The notes under the pieces: generated by a model
What the model saw: the letters and a program-made list of their open reading frames with translations, nothing else
The model's database searches: none
Told to the model about the DNA's origin: nothing
Part shown: positions 1 to 12,363 of the stretch, one piece after another
Position numbering within the stretch: position 1 is the stretch's first letter
How the letters are laid out: every line of letters begins with the position of its first letter
Assembly (NCBI GenBank): GCA_964016885.1
Contig: OZ024742.1
Location: 294,624,001-294,688,000, forward strand
Length of the DNA stretch: 64,000 bases
DNA from: Eledone cirrhosa
Taxonomy: Eukaryota
Reading direction: 5' to 3'
Made by a program: the position numbers and the translations under genes

Positions 1-189
1 AACAAACCGAACATTATAATAAATGTTCAGTAAACTGATACGTGCATATATATATGTGTGCCTGTATGTATATATATACATGCTACTGTACGTCTGTATA
101 CATATATGTATGTACGTATACATACATACTTACATTTAAGTAAGTGCCGTACTAAGAGTGAGAAATGAAATTTTGTTTCATTCTATTCC

Positions 190-236
<47 letters not shown>

Positions 237-591
237 AACACACACTTCTTAATTTAACTTCCCTTAAACTTTTGCACCTCCTTACATATAGATTACAAAA
301 TATTACATTATCCCCCTATCACACAGATAAATATCCTATTAAGATCTATAATAAATGATACTTAGTATCTTTTATATCTTCGACATTTTTTGTAGATTGA
401 TTTAGGGTAGTTAATGAATGAAATTAGATCAACAAACTATTTTGCTGCAAAAGATCAAGCAAACAGGATAGAACCTACCTTTATGGCTTTATCCATCACG
501 ACCGACTTAATAGGTATTGAACTCACTCTCTCTCTCTCACTCCCTCTCTCTCTCTTTCTCTGTGTATATTGTTGTTGTTTAGTCCTGTCCC

Positions 592-642
<51 letters not shown>

Positions 643-675
643 GTCTATTCTTTGTGATCCTGTCTCTATTTTTTG

Positions 676-712
676 TACTCCTGAAGAAGGGCTAAAGCCT
701 GACACATTGAAC
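676..712 (+). ncRNA. Degenerate minimal hammerhead-like motif in a (TA)n-flanked insert
   Basis: ACTC-CTGAAGA-AGGGC TAAA GCCT-GACA-CATTGAAC: intact CUGANGA core and stem II. GAAA reads GACA and the cleavage region is decayed. Confidence 0.4.
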
Positions 713-789
713 TTTCTTTCCCCTTTTCCATATACATATAAAGCGTATACTAATAAGACTTTTTGTATCTTTGTTTTACTGTTTCCTTG

Positions 790-827
<38 letters not shown>

Positions 828-829
<2 letters not shown>

Positions 830-933
830 CGAAGGAGATGTGGTAAGGAACCAGATGGACCATAACGCACCAGAGTCCAGTAATAGCCGTCGAAACGACT
901 TGAGCTCTGCCGTCGGGGTCATACTTTTTCCTA
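828..933. mobile_element. Fold-back mini-element family A, internally deleted copy, in (TA)n
   Basis: Matches the tail (AAGGA..GTGGTAAGGAACCAGATGGACCATAACGCACCAGAGT) and one palindrome arm of the copies at 25658 and 44391; flanked by (TA)n on both sides. Confidence 0.85.
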
Positions 934-1309
934 TATATATATATATATTTAGATTCTTACAATATGGCCATAAGTTTGTGGAAAAATGGATATTCACTAA
1001 GCATTATTATTAAAATGATATTTCGAAATGATGTTGAGTTTAGACATATTGGTTTATATATACTCCACTCACTGTTCGGAAATATGTCTTCTTTGATGGT
1101 GCTTAGCTAATATTTACTTTGTAGAAACAGTATAGCTATATCATAAGAATTGTGTAAATCTATTCTTATAATACTTTGTTTTCAATTTGTTCCTATGTAT
1201 GGATTTTTATGATTAACAGAGCAAAATTGTCCACTCACACACACACACAGACACATACACTCACACACACACACACACATATATATAGGTATATATATAT
1301 ATATATACT

Positions 1310-1585
1310 TTCTAGGTACAAATTTACGCTCAGAGTTGCTGAAGCATGGAACAAACTACCTGCATCGGTTGTTAGCTGTCGAGACACTGTATCCTTTAAG
1401 GCCTCCATGCTTCCGGAAATTCGCCAACAGTACGCCTAATGTTTCCCCTCCATACACATACACACATGTATATCATGACTCATACACTATTCACTTCCCT
1501 GACATTTGTGTATTATTCTATGTACTATACATGCACCTTTGATGAGTTGTAGTGCACCTGAGCACTTTACACAATAATTTCATTA
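1310..1585 (+). mobile_element. CR1/L2-type LINE 3' fragment
   Basis: Encodes FTLRVAEAWNKLPASVVSCRDTVSFKASM, the typical ORF2 C-terminus of CR1/L2 LINEs. The same 3' UTR recurs at about 47615-47800. Confidence 0.75.
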
Positions 1586-1596
1586 TATATATAAAA

Positions 1597-1636
<40 letters not shown>

Positions 1637-2004
1637 CTTTATACAGTACCTTAGCCATTTTTTGCTACGTGAGTTTCCCCCCCCCCCCCCCTCCCAGTTA
1701 AACAATACTTTTCTGAGCTGCAATCATTTAGGTAAACCCCCCCCCCCCCTCCAAATGGTACTGAATAAAGGTTTGACAAGAAACGTAAGTAGGACAATCA
1801 CTTAGGTCCTGTATGGAGATTACCTCAAACTTTTCAATTGTTAGTGAATTCTCTCTATCTTTTTGGATATTTACTCATCTACACACAGACACACTCACAT
1901 ACTTTCATACATATACACATACATATTTTTGTATGTATAGTTTGAAAAATTATAACCCTACAATTATGTGCACATTCACACAAACATTATCAAACATTAT
2001 CTAT

Positions 2005-2172
2005 AAACTAAATCTATAAACTAAAACTCAGCTAAACTAAGATCCATCTATACACTAAGACTCAGTTAATCTAAGACCCATCTATACACTAAGACCCAGC
2101 TAAACTAAGATCCATCTATACACTAAGACTCAGCTAAACTAAGACCCATCTATACACTAAGACCCAGCTATG
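2005..2172. repeat. Minisatellite, about 34-bp unit built of 17-bp subunits
   Basis: Repeats of TAAACTAAGATCCATCTATACACTAAGACTCAGC. Confidence 0.85.
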
Positions 2173-2330
2173 ACTAATCACTTTTCTAAAAACTTAACCC
2201 GACACAAATACTGAATGAGATAACTAACCAAATCTATCTTAATAAATGACTGGTGTGGCAGTAGCTAATCATACACCCTCAATTGAGCAACTAAACTCAT
2301 ATATTTAACCAAAGTATGTTTGGCTTCTTG

Positions 2331-2446
<116 letters not shown>

Positions 2447-2499
2447 CAAAGTAATTCAGTTACAGGAATTCTATCACACAAACACATACACACACATGC

Positions 2500-2549
<50 letters not shown>

Positions 2550-2677
2550 TATAAATATATGTGTATATATATACTTATATCTATATATGTATATATATTT
2601 ATATATCTATATACCTATCTATATATATATACACATGTATGTACGTATGTGTGTATATATATATATACACATGTATG

Positions 2678-2708
<31 letters not shown>

Positions 2709-2787
2709 GTATGTGTATATGTAGGATCTGGAAAGGGAGTCACTAACTACCTCATAGATAATCCATTCTAAATTACTATAATATGAT

Positions 2788-4398
2788 CTAGGAGGAATTA
2801 TTGCTTTCTGCACTAAAAAAGTTTTCTTCAACACTGCTGCTGTCGTTAAGAACCGGACTGCCTCCTACCGATGAAATTACACAAGCTGATGTGTAAGTTG
2901 CTGGTTCGTCTCCCACCTCCATAGGTCTTGGTCGTTCTCTTCTGCGGCGATGGTGTCGGCGGTTGATGACTGGAGAAGATTGTGGCTCGGGGGGTGTTTG
3001 TGGCTCACCGTTATTTTCTGGAGATCCTTCCTTGGAGTTGCGTTGAAGCTGATAGGTTAAACTCTGCAGGCTACGGGATCGAGTGTTTACAGCCTTTTCT
3101 TCAGTCTCCACCCTGTCTGTACTAATGGACTTATCATCAGCTTCGGGTGGGGCTGGAGGTTCCTCTACGTCCGTCTGTATTGCTGCTTCCCTCAGCTTCT
3201 CGCTCTTGTCTTCTTCTTCAGTTTGTGATGAGGTAGTAGAGGTTGACGGTGTTCTATTGGGGGACTTTTCTCTCCAGTAATCGGCCGCTGATAAAGATCG
3301 ACGAGGCTGCATTGATACCTTTTGTTTCGGCCGATCGGGATCTTCAATAGTTCCCAGTTCAATACTTCCTGGAGTGAATAATATTTGCTTGCATACGGTA
3401 CTAGGAAGTTCCTTAAGTTCAATCTCCGACAGGCATGAAAGTTTCTCTTGCACCTGATTTTTAAGCAGAAGTAGTTCAATGTCTTTCCCTTTCAGAACTA
3501 ACTCAGTTAAGTTACATGTATTTCTCAAACTTTCCAAATTTGACTGCATTTCCACTTTTCTGTTAATGTACTCCATAACCTCAGACCCATACATTGAATG
3601 CAACTCTTCAACCAAGTTTTTCTCTTTAGATCTTATCTCAGCTATAAAAGCAATAGCTACATCATGAATCTTTTGTTCAGCTTCTTTGATCAATGTGTCA
3701 CATTTGCCAAGAGTATCGATCTGAGTGTCATATACATTAATACGATCTTTGCATGACTCCAGGAGACGTTGTATACTATCCTTATATTTAATGACGGCAT
3801 CTGAGAAATTTGTAATTTCGTGGTCCTTATGTTCATTAAATGTACAGAGGACACATATGCATGCTTGGCATGGCTCACAGTAGAATCTAACCACTTCTTC
3901 CTTGTGTTCTTTGCATTCAATATCTTTTTCAATTTCCACATCGAAAAGACTGTGAGCCTTGGTGACCTTTGTTTCTTTGTGCAATTCCACACATGGTTTA
4001 CAGAGAAGTTTATTACAGTCTAGACATTTTGATGATGCCTCTCTGTGTTTACGATTTACCATCTTACAGATATCACAGAATGGAAACTTCGATGGTCTCT
4101 GTCGTGCCACCACCTCTCCTAAACTTGAAACCAGAAAGTTATCCGGAAGTTTTTTCACACCACCGATTGGAAGATTCGTACGTTTCCGACATAATGGACA
4201 TGTGAATTCACGGTAGTCACTATATTTTTTATATGTGCATTCTGACATAACATGGTTCTCGATACACTGTTCACAAAATGTATGCAAGCAATCTAAACAT
4301 TTAGGGTTTTTAAAGCCCTCCAGACAGATCTTACATGTAAGAAACTCATCATGAATTTCTTGGGCTAACTTGTTTCCAGTTGTTGTTGTGGCAGCCAT
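2788..4398 (-). CDS. Tripartite-motif (TRIM) E3 ubiquitin ligase: RING, B-box 1, B-box 2, coiled coil, low-complexity C-terminus (TRIM56/TRIM45-like N-terminal half)
   Basis: 536-aa uninterrupted ORF. C3HC4 RING (CKIC..CLDCLHTFCEQC..CPLC) followed by LPDNF; B-box 1 (CDIC..CLDC..LCKPC..H..H); B-box 2 (CKEH..FYCEPCQACICVLC..HKDH); helical coiled coil. No filamin, NHL or SPRY domain within the ORF. Confidence 0.95.
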   Translation of the reverse strand: MAATTTTGNKLAQEIHDEFLTCKICLEGFKNPKCLDCLHTFCEQCIENHVMSECTYKKYSDYREFTCPLCRKRTNLPIGGVKKLPDNFLVSSLGEVVARQRPSKFPFCDICKMVNRKHREASSKCLDCNKLLCKPCVELHKETKVTKAHSLFDVEIEKDIECKEHKEEVVRFYCEPCQACICVLCTFNEHKDHEITNFSDAVIKYKDSIQRLLESCKDRINVYDTQIDTLGKCDTLIKEAEQKIHDVAIAFIAEIRSKEKNLVEELHSMYGSEVMEYINRKVEMQSNLESLRNTCNLTELVLKGKDIELLLLKNQVQEKLSCLSEIELKELPSTVCKQILFTPGSIELGTIEDPDRPKQKVSMQPRRSLSAADYWREKSPNRTPSTSTTSSQTEEEDKSEKLREAAIQTDVEEPPAPPEADDKSISTDRVETEEKAVNTRSRSLQSLTYQLQRNSKEGSPENNGEPQTPPEPQSSPVINRRHHRRRRERPRPMEVGDEPATYTSACVISSVGGSPVLNDSSSVEENFFSAESNNSS

Positions 4399-4462
4399 GA
4401 TGTCATTAATATCAATAGCTGTTGTGTGATATCTACTTCCAACTTCAAGACGGCGGCGGTTC

Positions 4463-4482
4463 CTGAAAAGAGATCAAAATAT
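4463..4482 (-). promoter_or_regulatory. Splice acceptor of the TRIM coding exon
   Basis: Minus strand reads ATTTTGATCTCTTTTCAG|GAACCG: polypyrimidine tract plus CAG, 64 nt upstream of the ATG. Confidence 0.75.
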
Positions 4483-4760
4483 CAAAAGTTAAAACTTAGC
4501 CAACAGTAATAAAAAGAATGTACAATATAAAGAGCTGACATTAAACTTGAGTAGTAGAATCACTTTGTTAATGTACACAGATCATTTCAAGCTTTGTAAA
4601 TAATACTGAATTCTTTCTTTGAGGATATTGTTTTTAAAAAAGAAAAAACATCTTGTACATATAAACATAATTTATATAATAAATATGATTTATAAAAGAA
4701 ACAAATCAATAAAATTAGTCAGAGAAAAACAACAAAAAAAGAGAAGACATGCACATTTAA

Positions 4761-4944
4761 TTATTGTTTCTACTTTTGGCACAAGGCCAGCAATTATCCC
4801 AGGGTATTACTGGTACTTTATCAACCCTGTAAGGATGAAAGGCAAAGTTAACCTCGGCGGGATTTGAACTCAGCCCGTAAAGGGACGTAACTGTGCTGCA
4901 AAGCATGGCATCCAACCCTCTACGGATACTGCCAATCCACCGCC
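4761..4944 (-). mobile_element. tRNA-derived SINE, family S1
   Basis: Minus strand has A-box TGGCAGTATCCG, B-box GAGTTCAAATCC, central GCCTTTCATCCTT..GGG..GATAAA..GTACCAG core (resembles the Meta/MESC SINE core) and an AAACAATAATT tail. Many copies in the window. Confidence 0.9.
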
Positions 4945-6044
4945 TACAACAAGGGATGTTGGTTTGTTTTCTCTCTATTTTTTTTTAGGCAAACCAAGAC
5001 ACAGTATTGCAGCTATTGAAAGTGAGGCTGAAGACTGGAAAACCAAACACTTCTGTGAGCATCATTTGATATTTCCGTAATGCAAGCTGCCAACAATAAT
5101 AGTAGCCAATGTCTCAAATGCAACTTCAGCAATAAAAAAAAAAAAAATATTAAGAAAATTACATGTAGCATTAACTGTATCTATTTAAAAAGGGGATTTA
5201 AATGAGAAATTAATGATCAATATGGGAAATAGACGAATTATGGAGGAAATATTTCTGTTGTTGTTGTTTATCCCTTGGTTAAGAAAACCAATGATTAAAA
5301 ACATTATAGCTATCACTATCTTGTGTTTTGAGATGGTTTAACTCAGACTGTAATGTCTAATGTGTCCTTTCCTCTTTTCAAAGTTTTGTAGAATGGGATT
5401 TGAGCAGCAGATAAAGTAATCACATGGAGGCTCCCTCAATGGGTTGAAAGAAATTTCATTGCTTTTTAACCATAGGTCTGCTCTAATTGAACAGATCTAT
5501 GATCAAAAGACATTCCAGACACAAACATACCATATTTTTCTGAACATAATATATCCAGGATTACATTATCCACCATGTCATAATAATCAGTTCCTTTCCA
5601 TTTTGTTTTCTGGACTGCTATTTCTAGTTAGTTAAGTAACCAACTGGAAACTAATGTATAAGGTCGGCATAAATGCTGTTTGCTATAAAACAGGAGATGT
5701 TCAATTGTCCACGAATGTTTAAAAAAATTGAGGGATAATTGTCCAGCATATTGACTGTTATTTTCTTGAGAGGAAACACAACCTTTGTAATGCAGACTTG
5801 GCTAAAAGCCAAGGGACATAAGCAACTCGCATACAATAAATATAGAAGTGAAGAGCTCTCTTCTGAAAATATTTTACTCATAACATATTTCTTGTTTCAG
5901 AAGCATCTACTTAAAAGAATTGCGTCTCTCTTCCACATCAGTTTTGTGGCATGGAAAGCCAGTAGTCTTAGTCTCAGAGTATGAATTACTACAGTTCATT
6001 TGAGACTGAAAAAATTCTTGATTGAGGCAAGCTGACTCTTTCTT

Positions 6045-6103
<59 letters not shown>

Positions 6104-6528
6104 ACACACAAACTATCCAGAATTAAATATATATAAAATGCATAGAATCCTAGGCATGTCAAAAGCAACAAAATAGATGTTTAATCCCATTATCTATACA
6201 ATCGTTGATATTCCTTCCTCTGTCATTAGGTATTTTACCCAAAAGACAAGGAATTATAAAATATTTCCAAAATAACAGTCTGATTTCCACATTGCTTTAG
6301 AATATATATGTATATATATATATATATGTATGTATGTATGTGTGGGTGTGTGGGTGTGTGTGTGTGTGAGTTGGGCTGCTGTACTATTTCTGCCTATCAA
6401 GTTTCATGAGGCATTGGTCAAACCCTGATTTGTTTTAGTAGAGGTGATGCACAGGGGACTGAACTCAAGATTATTTGGTTGTGAAATGAGCTAGTGAGAG
6501 AGAGAGAGATAGGTTGATAGATAAATAG

Positions 6529-6562
<34 letters not shown>

Positions 6563-6996
6563 AAAACTATGGGTGATTGAAATAACCCTAGTATATTACT
6601 GGTACTTATTTCAAGTTCAAGGACAGAAATGCACTGAGAATAGAATAGATTAGATGTATATTTGTATTTATTCTATCTAATTCAATTCACCAGCTTGCTT
6701 TAATCTTCAACTCATATATTGTGTAATATTTCTAAATATACATTTTATCAGGATTATGCCACACTGAGTGACGTTGAAATTTATCATTAAGATAGGATGG
6801 TACTTGGTTGTTCCAGCACCTTAGTTTCATTATCACTTGCAGTAATACTGTGATTATTTTAGGTTGCCTCAAAGATCTTTAGAAGGGAACATCACCATTC
6901 TTTGCTTTAATTTTTAGTTGAGGGAGTATACATATCTTTTTTCTTCTTTCCAATCCATTTTTATTGTTACTGTCCATTTACTATTATTGGTTGTAT

Positions 6997-7183
6997 GTGG
7001 ATTGGCAGTATTGGTAGAGAGTCGGACGCCATGCTTTGCAGCAAAGAGTTACGTCCCTTTATGGTCTGAGTTCAAATCCTGCCGAGGTTAACTTTGCCTT
7101 TCATCCTTACGGGTCGATAAAATAAAACACAAGTAATAAACTGGGATAATTGCTGGCCTTGTGCCAAATGTAGAAACAATTAT
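6997..7183 (+). mobile_element. SINE family S1 with target-site duplication
   Basis: Same consensus as 4761. TSD ATTATTGGTTGTATGTG at 6983-6999 and 7179-7195. Confidence 0.9.
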
Positions 7184-7195
7184 TGGTTGTATGTG

Positions 7196-7445
7196 TATGT
7201 ATTTCGACAAAAAAACACACAGTCCACGCTGTAATGTGGCCGTGTAGGTAACACAGTAAAAACCTCCCAGCCCCACACTGTAAACGTGGTTGGTGTTAGG
7301 AAGGGCATCCAGCCGTAGAAAACCCGCCAGACAGTCCTATACGAGCAAGACAACCAATCTTGCCTCAAGTGGGAAAATTCCCATCCAAACCCATGCAAGC
7401 GTGAAAGCATGGAAGTTAAACGATGATGATGATGATGATGATGAT
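7196..7445 (+). mobile_element. RTE LINE 3' UTR fragment with (GAT)n tail
   Basis: GTGGTTGGTGTTAGGAAGGGCATCCAGCCGTAGAAAAC...CCCATGCAAGCGTG..GTTAAACGATGATGAT, matching the 3' ends of the RT-bearing copies. Confidence 0.85.
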
Positions 7446-9108
7446 TTCAAACTAATATGAAGTAAACTCACTTTTCATTTTTACAATAACATTTATAAGT
7501 ATAGAGTTATAATGGTTTCTGATTTTAGGCACAAGGCCAGCAGTATAGTGTTATAATAAGAATAGTATAAGTTATTATCAACCATAATAATACACCATGT
7601 GTCTTTATGTATATGATGATGATGTTGATTATATATATATATATGTAACTCTATAAAAAGAAACATATACATGCACATATTCACACAATGCATTTCCTAT
7701 CTCAGTTATGTTACTACAATAAGAAGTTCATTTTCCAATCAAAAGGTCCAAGGTTCTAACCATACATTTGTCCTTGGTGTTCTACATGATAAACGCACCC
7801 AGTACACACAGTAAAGTGGTTGGTGATGAGAAGAGCATCCAGCCATAGAAAGTTTGCCAAACAAAGGGTTTCAGTTGTGTCAAAGACATGATAACCTCTT
7901 TAGTGTTTGTGCCATGATAAAATGCACTTGATAGAGCTTGGGGACCATATGTAAAAGAAAATGCGAGCTCCCAGTCTGTTTGGTATGTCAGTAGACCAAG
8001 AGCTGGTGCTACCATATAGGCAAACTAGGCAGCTACCTAGGGCACTGATTTCAGGGGGTGCATTTCTCCAAATCAACAACAATTTTGGTGCCAGATAGGG
8101 TGATAGATAGGCTGGCGCTGGCCGTAAGTAGATCTGCTTCAATACTGACACAGTCACTAAAACCCCATCCAACACCTTGCTAGCAGGGAAAGTGAATCTT
8201 AAATGATGATCATGTATCATGATATATATCTGTAACTCTATAAAAAGAAACATACACACACATTCACACAATGCATTTCCTATCTCAGTCATATTACTAC
8301 AATAATAAGTTTACTTTCCAATCACAAGGTCCTAGCTTCTAACCCTATATTTGTCCCATTTCTCAAAAGTTACTCAGACGTTTAATCCTGTATGTCATTT
8401 GTATATAAATGCTGAATGCTCATGTAATTATATCCTAAATTAGTGAAATATTGTCCTTATTTTCAGTCACTGCTATTAACATAAAATATAGGGATTCTCT
8501 TATGCAAATCATTAATCTATTGAAATGCAAATTTTCCCAGTTTGTATGAGCACCCATATATCCAGCAATATATATGATTTAGCAATTCTTGACACTAAAA
8601 ATTAAATGATTGATGCCATTGTCATCATTATTGACAGCATGGCCCCCCCACTAGTTAGATAGAATTACTAATGGTACTTTGAATAAGCTACACAGGAATT
8701 ATCTATTATTGTGTCATGTACATACATATTTACCCTAGTTGTAGTACCCAGTTGAAGTACCCAGCTTGAAGTACCCAGCTCCTACTAGAAACAAATGAGA
8801 AGAAATCAGGGGAATGTGAGTAAGGGTTATAGGGTGGGAGAAAAGGCATTGAAATTTTAACAACCCCTAAGATGGAAATGTTCTGTTATACCTTATTTAT
8901 TTCATTACTGCTTGGATGGGGCCGATCTTTCAAGAGAGATGTGTGATGTGTGTCTCCGGCAATGAAGTGGGTAAGGGAAGATGTTAGAAGGGAGCAGGAT
9001 GGAAAAATATATGTTAAAATAGTTGTTGTTGGTCTTCTTTATTTTTATTATTATTATAATACATTCTCACCTTTCATCAGCAGCTGTGTTATAAATATAT
9101 ATATATGT

Positions 9109-9157
<49 letters not shown>

Positions 9158-9296
9158 TGTTGGGGATTCAGTATGTATGTGTGTATGTATGTGTGTATAC
9201 ATGTGTGTGCATGTGATATCTGTTGACGATTCAATATGTATGTATGTATTGTATGTATGTGTGTGTGTATACGTATGTATATATCATATATATATG

Positions 9297-9332
<36 letters not shown>

Positions 9333-9698
9333 TATATGCTGAGAATTCTATTGCGGGAAGTGGGTTCCTAAAACCATTAGCTATTAATTCTACCATACTA
9401 ATTTAATTCTATAATTTTTATTGCAATTACTGTTATTGTTATAGGTGTTCCTGTTAGTAAGTTTTCCACCTACTTCACCTCCATCCTTTCATATCTTTCA
9501 GATGTTGTTCCCTAGCAACAGCCATAACAAAACATTTATCAGGACTTAAGATAATGGGATACAAAAAAAAAAAAGATTATTTTGACCGACTTCTGAAAAC
9601 ATTCTCTCCCTGAGCCTGCTGTACAAGGGATACAGAGACTGGAGTAGTTCAGAACCTTACTTACAAACAGGACCCTTGAGCCCTACTGTATGAGGGAT

Positions 9699-10226
9699 TT
9701 TCTAACCAGGAAGGGTATGGCATGGTCAGCGTGCAATGACATGCACGCCAGATGGACATCTCAACTTATCAACAAGCTAAAACTGGAAATATTCCAAGCA
9801 ACCATTAAGCCCATATTACTTTATGGATCCGAAACTTGGACACTAACATCACAACTTGAGAGGAGATTGGATGGCACATATACCCGCCTCTTAATGAGAG
9901 TGCAAAACCTATCCTGGAAACGACATCCCACCTTGTCTAAAATCTATGGCAAACTCCCTCGAGCCTCTGCCCTTCTAAAATCCCGGAGAGCTCAATTTGC
10001 TGGCCACTGTCACCGTGCCAGCAATGAAATCATATCCGCTCTCTTGCTCTGGAACCCTGACTCCAGCCTGACTAGGAGTAGGAAGCTGTCATTCCCTGAC
10101 ATTATCTCTAGGGATACGGGAATCAGTAGACAGGACCTGGGGGCAGCGATGGGTAACAGGGAATTCTGGGGCATGAGAGTGAGATCCATCATCTCGACAG
10201 TAGTCGACGAATGATGATGATGATGA
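9699..10226 (+). mobile_element. 5'-truncated RTE-clade LINE with 12-bp TSD
   Basis: Stop-free ORF2 C-terminus (PILLYGSETWTLT..RLLMRVQNLSW..FAGHCHR); (GAT)n tail; TSD TGTATGAGGGAT at 9687-9698 and 10227-10238. Confidence 0.92.
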
Positions 10227-10288
10227 TGTATGAGGGATATGATGACTGGAGTAGTTCAGAACCTCACTTACAAACAGGGCCAGATTAA

Positions 10289-10489
10289 CCCTTTAAACCA
10301 GCCATATCCAACCAGAATTCTCTCCCCTTTTTCTGTTCAAACCGGCTATAACCAACTGCTCATACTTATGTTAAGATATTGTTCTCAAAATAAATAATAT
10401 CAAAATCTCATAGATTCGATATTCTGTGAGGTAAAGCCTTTACCATGAAAATATAATAGTAAATATAGAGTAATGTAAATTCTAAAGGG
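10289..10489. mobile_element. piggyBac-type MITE, family P1
   Basis: TTAA|CCCTTTA...TAAAGGG|TTAA. Homologous, in reverse orientation, to 15879 and 31085. Confidence 0.8.
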
Positions 10490-10766
10490 TTAAATCAACT
10501 AAAGATCCGAGGCTAGAGAATACATGGGTAGCTCAGTACCCGAATGCAAGAAACTTAATGAAACTTCAAAGTATATGAATGTAGACTGACACATAGGAAA
10601 ATGGTGAGATTCCAGCATCCAGCCATGTCAACCTCTAAAACAGCGGTGTCACTTAAAGAAAAATAAATATATTTATGATGATGATGAATCATAATATTAT
10701 AAATTTTGATAGAAATGTTATGTATCATAGCTATATTTTAATATATACTGAAAATGGAATAGAGCT

Positions 10767-11363
10767 ATAATGGAATATTCCTATATTTTACCGGCGAAGA
10801 TTCGAAACCGAATCTCAGCTTTCCCGCCTCTGGGACAATCTATCGTTGAAAGCTCTCGCCTTTGTCCTGTCAACGAAGATAAATGTACATTCCATTTCAC
10901 CTGTGACCCCAATCTCTTGGGAGATGCTAACCACAGGTCAGACCATAGATCAACCTCATATATCTATCCTTCTTACTTTAGCACTTATTTGGCTGAGATC
11001 AAAGTGTAGTACTTTAGTACTTATTATAAATACAAGGGCTTAGGGAACCAAAGAGGAGAATCGAAGCAGCAGTCAAGAAGATAACTATGTAGCATCAGTA
11101 GACCTTTCACCCTATCTTTCTCCTGGCCCTTACTGGCTTACCTTCTCAGCCAGACAGCCAGCCATGCCTGTCTGACAGATTTACCATTACTACTATGAGA
11201 ATAAGATAAGCTAAGAATAGGCACACACGCATAGTAAGTTCATATTGTTATATTATACTCTCATCCTATTCTACCTGTAATATTGTATCTGCAAGACACA
11301 ACACAACTCATACTATATAGTCTTCTCTGATACATGGATTCACGTTGGCTCGTAGAGCCAACA
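10767..11363 (+). mobile_element. Possible solo LTR
   Basis: About 600-bp more GC-rich, non-repetitive island ending ..TTGGCTCGTAGAGCCAACA (terminal hairpin, CA end). The 5' TG and a TSD are not evident. Confidence 0.3.
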
Positions 11364-11854
11364 ATTTAATGTAGCGACAGTTCATGTCATAAATTTTATT
11401 ACTCGATGTTCAAATCGAATATTGTTATTATAAACTAAACATTGTTAACAACTCAATCATGGCATTATTCATTTCATCCAAACACTCATCAAATCAACAC
11501 AACCTATCCGTTACAGAGCCCCTTGGGTTATGAGGCTCTGAACAGCATAGCACTCAAATCCCATATTAATTATAAAAAAACAGTAATGTAATTATTAATA
11601 TCTATTTTTAATACAGGTACAAATACACATATTTTGGAGGAAGCTATAGTTGATTATATCAACACCTTGAATTTATAAACGGTGAGGTTCAGTTGGTACA
11701 TCGATCAGGGCCCTGGAAGGCCAAATAGGTAATTTTTCTGGGTTGTTTCTGGGGTTTGAAAAATCTGAAAAATTAATAATCAGGTGGGTGGGGGACGATT
11801 ATTTAAAACCTGAGTGTATGAAATAGATTCTATTATTTACTTATTAGTAAATAC

Positions 11855-12363
11855 GGAATAGGCAGACCTAGAAAAACCTGGGACGAGCTGATAAACTCCG
11901 ACCTCACACACTTACACCTCTCCAAGGCAATGTCACTGGACCGAGACCTTTGGCGGTACTCAGTAACAGAGAAGACCCGCCTTGCCAGTAGGCATCTCTA
12001 ACAAAATACACCCCGTCCCACCACCACCACCCCCACCCCATCCACACCACCCCGTTCTATGTAAAGTTATGTTGGTGCCGCGCCATCCAGGCCGAAACAA
12101 ATGAGATCGTGTAGGTGTCACGGCAAAAAAACACACAGTCCACGCTGTAATGTGGCCGTGTAGGCAACACGGTAAAAACCTCCCAGACCCACACTGTAAA
12201 TGTGGTTGGTGTTAGGAAGGGCATCCAACTGTAGAAAACCTGCCAGACAGTCCTATGCGAGCAAGACAATCACTCTTGCCTCAAGTGGGACTACCCCCGT
12301 CCAAACCCATGCAAGCGTGGAACACGGACGTTAAACGTTGATGATGATGATGATGATGATGAT
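11855..12363 (+). mobile_element. RTE LINE 3' end, young subfamily
   Basis: Encodes GIGRPRKTWDELINSDL, then 3' UTR and (GAT)n; nearly identical to 19400-19903. Confidence 0.9.
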
